This document shows, piece by piece, positions 49,974 to 60,712 of a stretch of 64,000 bases of DNA. Positions within the stretch are counted from its first letter, which is position 1; each line of letters opens with the position of its first letter. The position numbers and the translations under genes were made by a program. The DNA is from Okamejei kenojei (taxonomy: Eukaryota), in NCBI GenBank assembly GCA_035221665.1, contig CM069141.1, positions 48,050,001 to 48,114,000 of the forward strand, read 5' to 3'. The notes under the pieces were generated by a model. That model was not told where the DNA came from. It was given only the letters and a program-made list of their open reading frames with translations, and searched no databases.

Positions 49974-51098
49974 GTGAGTTATGTCAAAGAAAGAAAAATA
50001 ATCTGTTAAGTCTGGACATTGCGTCGTACTTACCTGTTATGCCGAGGGGCTCATGTGTCCCATTATGTTCGAATGGTAAAAAAATATGCATCGCTTAATC
50101 TATTGGAGTGATTCAAGTGATTTGACTTGGTTGATATCAAGGGACATAGGTGTATTCAAGATTATTGATGTGACGGGCATTAAGTAGTACTGTCAATGCT
50201 CGTGTACTGCTGTACTTTTAGAAGGAGAAAGTGGAACTTTGTAAATAACTCTGAAGGAATGTCAGTGATTTATAGCAGTGTATTATGTGGCAGACAGTGT
50301 GGATGTCTAAAGGACTCACTGTAATGGTAATTATTCTGTAAACATAGTCCTGGATGGTTTTTACTTTCTGAGAGATCTTGGGGTCACCTATGCAGGCAAA
50401 TGGACAGTATTCCACGGAGGTTCTGATGCCTCCTTCTTAGTCTTGTGGCGTCTTTGGAGTGCCCCCATAGCCTAAACATATGCATATGTGGCCTGCAGTC
50501 GCAGCCAAAGTATGTATGTGGCATGTTCAAAAGTTTCTGATAAGTAAGGATACGTGGATTAATAAGGCTTTTCTCATTATTTGGTTATGCACTATGCATT
50601 TCATGGTTGGCCAGATTTGGTAAAGATTATAAAGAAGCGTCAGTGGGTTATCCAGTGCATTCTGTGGAGGTCTGAATGAAATCTGAAAGGCATTTTAGGC
50701 ATCTATAATCAGGTTGAAATTTTTATCATGACTCATGTTCAGCATTCCATGTGTTGTTACAATTACAAATCCAGGCATTTGGAAAATATCCGAATCAAAA
50801 TATGGTTTGCCATTTTCAAGTGGCATAAGAGCAGGGAACCTTATCCTCACTTCAAAACACAATGACTGGTGTCTTGTTATAACCAGACAATTCGTTTAGC
50901 TAATTCACCAGTTCCCAATATACGGTGAAACCATGTTATTGGGATGCGAATTCAACAATTATAGCGCGAAATCATTAGAGTGGGAGTAGTTACCATATCT
51001 GTTGCTGGGGATAGCTGGTGCCTACCAGTTATATTATCTGTGAAGTGCTTTCTTCTCGCATCATCATTTTCTGGGACTTGGCTTAGATGGGTCACCTT

Positions 51099-52500
51099 TA
51101 AAAAAATAAAAATATTTATTCAATTATTAAAAATAATATTTACAATATTTAGCTTTCATAGCAAAAGGATTTGAGTACAGGAGCAGGGAGGTTCTACTTC
51201 AGTTGTACAGGGTCTTGGTGAGACCACACCTGGAGTATTGCGTGCAGTTTTGGTCTCCAAATCTGAGGAAGGACATTATTGCCATAGAGGGAGTGCAGAG
51301 AAGGTTCACCAGACTGATTCCTGGGATGTCAGGACTGTCTTATGAAGAAAGACTGGATAGACTCGGTTTATACTCTCTGGAATTTAGGAGATTAAGAGGG
51401 GATCTTATAGAAACTTACAAAATTCTTAAGGGTTGGACAGGCTAGATGCAGGAAGATTGTTCCCGATGTTGGGGAAGTCCAGGACAAGGGTCACAGCTTA
51501 AGTATAAGGGGGAAATCCTTTAAGACCGAGATGAGAAAGACTTTCTTCACACAGAGAGTGGTGAGTCTGTGGAACTCTCTGCCACAGAGGGTAGTTGAGG
51601 CCAGTTCATTGGCTATATTTAAGAGTGAGTTGGATGTGGCCCTTGTGGCTAAGGGGATCAGAGGGTATGGAGAGAAGGCAGGTACGGGATACTGAGTTGG
51701 ATGATCAGCCATGATCATATTGAATGGCGGTGCAGGCTCGAAGGGCTGAATGGCCTACTCCTGCACCTAATTTCTATGTTTCTATGTAATACAATAACAC
51801 ACAACAGAACCCACCACCATAATACAAGACAAACAAATATACAAAATAAACTACGATATAACTATGTTACAATCCTTGTTAAGAATGCATTCAATCCGCC
51901 GCGATGCCCAGCGGTCCCGGAAATCCCACACGGTGCCCGTGGACAGTGCGTATTCCCTCTCTAATACCACCCGGGCGCGGACGTAACCCCGGAAAAGGGA
52001 CAGGCTGCTGGCACGGACAGAGCCCTCTTCCGTTAGGCGCCGTGACTCACGGATGGCCAGGCCCAGGAGCAACCCAACCAGGGCATCTTCGGCCCTACCC
52101 TCACTCCTACGCACAGATGTCCAAAGATGAGGATGGTGGGTGAAAAATGCATGCAGAAGGCAAGGAGCAGCCCATTTTGATAATGGATCAGGGGCTGCAG
52201 CCTCACACATTGCATATACACGTGGCACACAGACTATTCCAGCCCGCAGAAATGGCAGGCGTCTGGCGAGTCTGTGAACAGGTTGCAGAGGTTTGCTCGG
52301 TGCAGTACCCTCCACCCCAGATCCCCGATGTAGAGGGAGATGATCCCTGCGTAGAGGGAACCCCACCTCACCCCCCCCCCCCCCCCCCCCCCCGCGTCTG
52401 GAAGGCAACACCGACCGCCACTTAGTGTTTGGACGATGGACCGGGGCGCGGAAGTGCAGGATGTGGAGGAAGAGCCCGTACAGGAGAGGAGGGAGATGGG
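51099..52500 (-). mobile_element. Tx1/L1-like LINE 3' end, interrupted by a CR1
   Basis: Minus-strand peptides VCHVYMQCVRLQPL, LLLAFCMHFSPTILIFGH and LVGLLLGLAIRESR...LFRGYVRARVVLE resemble a Tx1-clade ORF2 C-terminus. Tail at ~51099-51150. Flanks tgggtcacctt / tggggcacctt match the empty paralogous site at ~59055. Confidence 0.7.
51150..51786 (+). mobile_element. Young CR1 LINE 3' fragment nested in the Tx1-like element
   Basis: [40 protein letters not shown]; (TTTCTATG)2 tail. Confidence 0.92.
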
Positions 52501-53888
52501 TGGGGCACCTTGGTCGTTATGTACCAGTTGGGCCGAATGATTTGCTTCAGCACTGTTTGACTCTTTGGTCCTATGACTTATTCCATATGTGTGCGGACTG
52601 CGTCCTTCTCCTGGGAATATTGATACTAATCAATATCCTATGGGATGCAACAAACGTTACCGAATGTAACATTGTATTTGCATTGAACAGGTGCCTGCGA
52701 ACGTTTAGCAAGTGTGGAGGGACCCAGATCGAGTTCTGACGAATTGCTGCAGTAAATCCGTGATTTTCGAATCATCAATTTTCAACCATCTGTCATCTTT
52801 TAAAAGAAAATATTGAATTCAGATGTTTTCGGCAGCCCAGTGTTTTATCCACCCCTCATTCCCATTGGAAATGTGGTTTTGAGACGCCTTCGAGAAACAG
52901 TGCAATGCCTGTGGTGAAGGCTCTCCGTAAGACTGTTGGTAAGGAATTCCAATACTAACACAGTATCAGCGAGGGAATAGGTAATATATAATTTACAAGT
53001 CTAAGTTTAGCATTTAGCAGATATGGAACCAGAAAATGTTAAACTACCTTGGAAAATATATTTTTTTTGTTGCAATTAGTACAGTAGCAACCTACAACTT
53101 ACTCCTTATGATTAGTTACGGAGAATTGCCTGTAGATATTACCTTATAGCAGAAGATCTTAACTGTAGACACGATAGCAATTGCATTGTTTACATTTTAA
53201 AGAAAGACAACCACGATGAACGTTTTATTTTAGAGAGAGTTCTTGCGTGCAACCGTTAAAATGTGAAAATAAGTGATGTACTGCAATGTACTCTGTTACG
53301 TATTGAGGCCACCACACAACATACAAATAATATTACAGGAATGAACGTGCCGTTGACGGCTTCGTTTGAAATTGAGCAACAAAGGAGATATTCATTTCGG
53401 TGAATCTTCGGTAATATGTTTTGAAGGCACAGACAACTGCAGATGATGGAATCTGGAGCAACAAACTACCTGCTGATTGAACTCAGCGGGTCGAGCAGCA
53501 TCTGTTGATGAGAAGGGAGAGGGGGACGGGTAATTTGTCCACAGGCCAGGTCGAAGCTATGCACCAGGTGTTTTTGATTCTATTCAAAGGCAGATTGAAA
53601 GCGTTCTGTCACTGGCTATTAACCGATCTACACGAATGTAAAGACATGATGAAGGATACATTAAAATAGATTCAGCGAAAGATGAGTTAATTTATTTTGT
53701 TCTGATAACATTCCTGAAATCATTTTTTCCCATGTATTTCTTCTTTAATATATTCATTATTGCAGTTCCTGAAAATTCGGTTGTGGGTGAACTTTCCCCA
53801 GAAAGTGACAGCATCCAAAATGCTAAAAGCAACTTCAATTGCGCAGCGATAACTTGAAAAACGGGCTGTGTCATATACAGCAGTTCTT

Positions 53889-54230
53889 GCTTTAAGAAAT
53901 CAGTTGAATTGTAATTGGTCGGATATGTCTGCTGCATTATCCACCAACCAGGAGGTTGGAGGCGACTGGTGATCTACACACCCCTTTTACAATACCCAGC
54001 CGCCATCGCGACCGATCAGACGCCGTGAACACTGGATATGTAGCAGCTCCGGACGGTTTCTGCTCGATTCATTTCGAACTGGATACAACATCAGGACGTT
54101 TAAATGAAAACATTGCAACAATTCGGAAGGGGTAGAGATATTTTCTGCGTCGTATTTGTCTCATTTAAACCAAATCGCTGTCGAAAGGCATTGTCTCGGG
54201 TTGAAACCATTGGAATGATTTCTCCTGGAA
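53889..54230 (+). promoter_or_regulatory. Conserved promoter cassette for V8
   Basis: GCTTTAAGAAA 53889, ATTGG 53914, GTGATCTACACACCCC ~53969, GCCGCCATC 53999. Confidence 0.73.
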
Positions 54231-56679
54231 ATGAGATATAATATATATTGGCTGCTCAAATACCGGCTATTGTGCTGCTTTTTCTGTCCCTGGGACCTTG
54301 TTTCTGGGCAGATTCGATACTCTGTTCCCGAGGAATTGCAACTGGGTGCCTTTGTTGGAAATATCGCAATTGATTTGGGGTTAGATTTAAAGCAGCTCTC
54401 GGCTCGCAGTTTGCGGGTGGCACCCAACCAGAGGAAGCGATATGTTGACGTAAATTTGGCAGAAGGGATTTTATTTGTGAATGAGAGAATCGACAGAGAG
54501 CAGCTTTGCGGGCCGAGCACCGATTGCATTTTACCCTTGAACATCGTGCTTGAAAATCCCCTCAGTCTTCACCAGGTGGAAGTGGAGATACTCGATGTAA
54601 ATGACAACGCTCCCAGTTTCCCCAAAAGCCAGGTCCGCCTTGAAATTTCAGAGAATATGGCACCGGGAGCGCGATTCCCCCTCGAGGCCGCTCAAGATCC
54701 GGACATTGGGACGAACTCCTTGCAGACTTACCAGCTCCTTGCCAATGAGTATTTCATACTTGATGTACAAGAACGCGCTAGGAGAGGGAATTTACCGGTG
54801 TTAGTGCTTCAGAAGGCCCTGGATAGAGAAACGACATCGACCCATGAGGTTAACGGTGCTTGCTGAAGACGGCGGAGACCCTGTAAGATCGGGTACGGTT
54901 CAGGTAACTATCCGAGTGAAGGACGCGAACGACAATGCTCCTGTTTTCTCACAATCGGTTTACAGTGTCAGTCTGCTGGAGTCGGCTCCCACAGGTAGCC
55001 TGATTATTAAGTTAAACGCCACTGATCTGGACGATGGCCCTAATGGAGAGATAACATATTCTCTCAGCACCCATAATTCTGCTGACGATCGTAAATTAGT
55101 TGCAGTGAATTCCCAAACTGGTGAAATCAAACTGAAAGAATATTTGGACTTTGAACAAAGCAAAACATTTGTGATTAATATCGAAGCAATCGACAACGGA
55201 CCTTACGCAATACCTCAACAACTGTGATGTGTTTGGTGGATGTTATCGATGTGAATGACAATGCCCCTGAAGTGTCATTGACATCCATGTCCAGTGCAGT
55301 GGCTGAAAATGTTCCAATCGGAACCATTGTCGCCCTTCTCAGCGCAGAAGATAAGGATTCTGGACAGAACGGGCAGGTACAATGTGAAATTCCGAATAAG
55401 CTGCCCTTTAAGCTGGAATCACCCGTGAGGAATAATTGGAAACTGCTTGTACAACACGGACTGGATCGCGAAACTACCCCCAGGTATGACATCACTGTGA
55501 CATGCACGGATGCAGGGGACCCACCCCTCACATCAAAGAAAAATATCCGTGTAGATGTTTCTGATGTAAATGATAACGCACCGACGTTTACGCAGGCAAC
55601 ATACACGGCAAATGTCATGGAGAAATAACGTTATTGGGGATTCCTTATTCTCCCTCACAGCCTATGATGCAGACACGGGCCAGAACGCCCGATTAAATTT
55701 TACTATCCTGAATTCAATCGAGGCCGCGTATGTCTCTATTAACGCACAGAATGGTGCCATTTTTGCTCAGAAATCGTTTGACTACGAACAATTGAAAAAC
55801 TTCCAAATCCATGTAATGGTGCTAGATTCTGGAGTCCCACCGCTGTCCAGTAACGTTACTGTGGACGTTGTTATCCTCGATCAGAACGATAACGCGCCAG
55901 TGATCGTTAATCCTTTGCCAGAATATGGGTCAACTGTAATGGAGACAATATCGAGGTTTGCAGAACCTGGATACCTAGTTGCCAAGGTATCCGCTACTGA
56001 CGCCGACTCTGGTCAGAACGCCCGCCTAACGTATCATGTTTTTCAGGCAACCCATCGTAATCTTTTTACTATTTCAGAGGACACTGGGGAAATTTGGACC
56101 ATCCGTGCCATTGAGACAAAAGATGCATCTAATCAAAGGCTGGTGATTGTTGTAAAAGATAATGGAATCCCATCACTTTCAGCCACAGTGACCATTGTGC
56201 TATCTGTGAAAGGACGAGACACGATATCCAGTGCCACCAGTCTATCTAAAGATCACGTCTTCACTCCAGCTTTGAACCTTTCTTTGGTCATAGCCTTAGG
56301 GACGACATCTATCATTTTCCTCGTGATTTTAGTTATCCTTGCTGTTAAGGTTTATAAAAACAGAAATGGCGTAGGCCGCCAATATGGTTCTCTGAACGTC
56401 TGCTGCTGTTTGGAATCAAGGAGTTCTTTGAATGGAATTCAAAATGCCAGCAGAAGCCTTCAGATACCACCGAACTACGTTGAGGTGTTCGGTGGTGATC
56501 CACTTTCACAAAGTTACCGTTATGAGTCTTGTTCAACATTGCAGTCCGCGAAGAGAGATTTCAGGACCACTCAAACGCGTGGGCTATCTCCAGTAATGGA
56601 TTATCTGCCAAAAATAACTATTGGTAAAGAGAACCCAGAAATAATAAGTTCTGAAAACAACTTCCGTATGAATAACGAG
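54231..56679 (+). CDS. Clustered protocadherin variable exon V8 (subtype B) with three +1 frameshifts (assembly error or recent pseudogene)
   Basis: Four ORF pieces join if single extra bases are removed at ~54849, ~55220 and ~55624. Donor GAG|GTGAGT at 56679/56680. Confidence 0.87.
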
Positions 56680-57744
56680 GTGAGTTATTTCAAAGAAAGA
56701 AAAACAATTGGTCAATTACATCTTCATTACATGTTTTCAGGGGGGTTGGAGGGGGGGCGGGGGGAGTGGTCACATATTCCTCTATGATTGAATGGTAAGA
56801 GTAGGCTTAGCTTACTTATTGGAGTGAGCTCAAGGGATTTGACTTGGTTGATATGAAGGGAGAATGGTGTATTCAAGATTGATGTTGTGACGGGAATTAT
56901 GTTGTGCTGTCAATGCTCTGCTGCTTTTGTTCATTTAGAATGAGAAATTAGGTATTAGAAATAGTTCTGAAGAAATATCAATGATTTATAGCAGTGTAGT
57001 CTATAGCGGACTGCATGAATTTCCAAAGTACTCTTTGCAATGGTATTTATTATGTTAACAGTTCTGGAGTGTATTTATTTCTGAAAGCTGGACATCTGTC
57101 GAGGCAAATAGCTGGTATTCCACTGAAGTTCTGATTAACTCCATCTTAGTTGAGGTGAGCCTATGTGGTGTCCTCCAAGCCCAAGGAAAAACGCATATGG
57201 TCTGCAGTCGCAGCGAAAGTGTGTATGTGGTCAGTCTAAAATGTTTGTGCTAAATAAGGAAACATCGATTAATCAGGCATTCTCGGTGTTTTTTCTTATG
57301 CACTTAAAATTCTTGATGGGGATTTTTGGTTGAGATTCTGAAGAAGCATCAGTGGGATATTCAGTCTATTCTGTGGTGGTCTGAATGAATTTTGAAGGCA
57401 TTATATGCACCGATAATCAAATTGAAAGTGTTATTATGACTAATGTTGAGCACTCCATATGTTGCAGTTACATATCCAGGTATTTGTAAAATATCCGAAT
57501 CAAAATATTGCTTTGCTATGTCCAAATGGCGGAAGAGCAGCGAACCCTATCGTCGCCTTAAAACACAATGACTGATGCCCTGTCATGACCAAAAAATGTA
57601 TGTAGCTAATTCAGAAGTTTCCAATATATGGTGAAACCATGTTATTGGGATGTGAATTCAGTAATGACAGGATAACATAATTAGAGTAGAAATTGTCCTA
57701 CCTGTTGCTAGGGATAGCTGATGCCTACCGATTTTTATTATTAA

Positions 57745-59008
57745 CTAGACCAAGTGCACACACGTTGGGTCTGCTCCCCCAACGCACCCGTTCCCTTCCC
57801 GTAGCCGCCACGGGAGGCGTGGTCCTCCAACTCAAGCCTTTCCCGAACGTAAGATTCCAGCACTCCCCTGCCTCCCTCAGCATTGCTCTTTAAAAAAAAA
57901 TCCACTTGCATTGACCTACGTATTGCAACAGCAATTCGCCCCCCCCCCCTTCTAGTCGATCCATTGTGATGTCATCAGTTGAAGATGCTCGTTTTAATTT
58001 CAAAGTCTTTTGACTTGTTTAGACTTTTAATCAGTAATGAGTCAAGAATGTCGAGAAATAAAGCATAAAATGTTCAGATGAGGTGATCCTAGCCTCGAGG
58101 GGAAACATGCCAATCGGAATATGTAAAAATGTTCTCATTACCACGTAGTGGTTTTGTGAAGATGTAAAAACAACCACATATACCCACATATATTACATAC
58201 ATATACACAAGTACATGATCATACTTTTAATAAGTACTAGATCAAGTGGGACCCGTTAGTTCCCTGTCACACGGAGGGCCAGGTCCCCCAACGCAACCCG
58301 TTCCCCAACGCAATATTCCACCACTCACCCAGAGCCTCGACAGAAGGCCTGGTCCCCCAACGCAACCCGTTCCCCAACGCAATATTCCACCACTCACCCA
58401 TATCCGACAACTGCAAAGGGGCTGCTCATTTCGCCTTATGCACGCTCTCTCATTCTTAAACTTAAAAAAATGCATTTCCACTTCTTGCTAGTTAGCAGTA
58501 CTCGGTGTACTGTGGCAAAAATGCATTTGCACTTGCTAGGGCTAACAGAACTCAGTGTAATGTGGCTTTAAAAATGCATTTGCACTTGCTAGGGCTAGCA
58601 GGACTCCTTGGATAGCAACAATGTTGCGAGCAGGGTTACAATCCCATTGTGACGTCACAGCTCTAAGCACAGGGGAAAAAGCAGTTATTTTTTCCAAGTC
58701 TCTACAGATTTATGAACATTTTGATTAATAACTCGAGAAATAATGCACGATTTTTCCAGATAAGGCGATTTTTGACCACGGGATAAATCTCTCCCGGAAT
58801 ATGTAAACATTTTACCGTTAGAGCGTCGTTTTTTCGAGAAAATGTGATCGCACACGGGCAAATAANNNNNNNNNNNNNNNNNNNNNNNNNNNNNNNNNNN
58901 NNNNNNNNNNNNNNNNNNNNNNNNNNNNNNNNNNNNNNNNNNNNNNNNNNNNNNNNNNNNNNNNNNNNNNNNNNNNNNNNNNNNNNNNNNNNNNNTATAG
59001 GGATATGA
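57745..59008 (-). mobile_element. Non-autonomous Helitron (outer) containing a second Helitron at 58237-59003
   Basis: A|CTAG followed by a hairpin at 57745 and again at 58237; GA|T ends at 59008 and 59003. The paralogous empty site attattaa|tgaagtg is at 63932-63946. Confidence 0.82.
58277..58605. repeat. Internal tandem repeats of the inner Helitron
   Basis: ggtcccccaacgcaacccgttccccaacgcaatattccaccactcaccca occurs twice (58282, 58351); aaaaatgcattt(g/c)cactt...gtggc occurs ~3 times (58466-58605). Confidence 0.85.
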
Positions 59009-60369
59009 TGAAGTGTAATCCCAACACATCACCATTGTCTGGGAACTGACCTAGATGGGGCACTTGGTCGTTATGAACTTCCGTACTGCATGAGTCTACG
59101 ACCCCATGACTTATTCCCTATGGGTGCGGACTGTTTCCTTATCCAATGAATATTGATACTAATCAATATCGTATGGGAATCAGCAAACGTTCCTCCATGT
59201 ACATTTGTATTTGCAATGAACAGGTGTCTTCCGCATGTGCTTAGCAGGAGAGGCGGTCCCCAAACAGAGTTCCTATGAATTACTGAAGTGAAGCCATGAT
59301 TTTAGAATCAGAATTCAACTGCCGTACACCTCTTTGTAACTCGCATGCAAGTGTTTCATGCAAGACCTAATTTCATGCTTCCCTAATTTCACTTGAAATA
59401 GTGCTGTTCGGACGCTTTTGTGAATCAGTGCAGTCCTTGTGCCGATGGCTCTCCGGTAAGACTATTGGCACCGAATTCGAATACCAGCAATTAGTATCTG
59501 CGAGGGAATGGTAATAGATAATTATTAGACTAAGTTCAACATTCAGTAGATATTAAACCGGGAAATGCTAAAGTACCTGAGAAAATGTTGTTTTCCAATT
59601 GGTGCAGCTGATAATTAGATCCGGAGCATTGCCTGTAGATATAATATATCATCAGAACTTGAAGGAGATTATAACGGTAGGCACGATAGCAAATACATGG
59701 TTCACATGTTAACGAAAGACAGCCACGTTAATAGTTTTAACATTGATAAGAGTACTTGCGTGCAACCTTTGAAATATAAAAACTAGTACTATTGTTAAAA
59801 TATAAGTTCTCTGCTATTATTGAAGCCACCAGACAATATATCAATAATATATCGGAAATGAACTTACTGTTGACTGGCTTGTTTGAAACAGACCAACAAA
59901 TAGGATATTCATTTCGGTGAATCTTTGCTTATATGTTTTGAAGACATAGAAGACTGCGGGTGCTTTAAACCGAAATAATCTGCTTGTTGAACTCGGCGGG
60001 TCGAGCAGCAGATGTTGATGGAGGGGGGCGTGGGGATAAGGTGAGGACAATTTCGACGGTTCAGGTCGAAAACATGCATCAGGTTCCTTTCGTTCGGTTC
60101 TAAGGCAGAATGATGGCCTTTTGTCACTGGCTGATCCCCACAATTGTAAATACACGATGACGTTTACGCGAAATTAGATTCGCAGCAAGTTGAGTAAATT
60201 TTTTGTTACCAATTCCTGAAATTATAAGTTTCCATATTTCATATTTAGGATATTTACTGTATTACAGTTCATGAATATTCTCTTCTGGGGATAACTTTCC
60301 ATAGTAAGTACGAGCATCCAAACCAATTTCGCAGCGATAGATGTATCCGCGCAAAATTAAGCAGTTCTT

Positions 60370-60712
60370 GCTTTAAGAAATTAGCTGAATTGTAATTCGT
60401 CGGATATGACTGCTGCATTATCCACCAATAAGGAGGTCGGAGGCGACTGGTGATCTGCACAGCCCCTTACAATACCCAGCCGCCATTGCGTCCGACCAGA
60501 AGCCGTGAACACTGGATAGGCAGCAGCTCCGGACGGTTCCTGCTCGATACATTTCGAACTGAATACAACATCAGAACGAATAAATGAAAACATTGGAACA
60601 ATTCGCAAAGGAGGTAGAGACATTTTCTGCCACGTACTTGCCTCATTTAAATCAAATCGCTGTCGAAAAGCGTTATCTCGGGTTGAAACTATTGGAATGA
60701 TTTATCCTGGAA
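60370..60712 (+). promoter_or_regulatory. Conserved promoter cassette for V9
   Basis: GCTTTAAGAAA 60370, CCAAT 60425, GTGATCTGCACAGCCCC 60450, GCCGCCATT 60479. Confidence 0.75.

Noticed and set aside
58277-58605. Repeat-spacer-like arrangement resembling CRISPR
   Set aside because: Only 2-3 tandem units inside a eukaryotic transposon, with no array of unique spacers and no cas genes.
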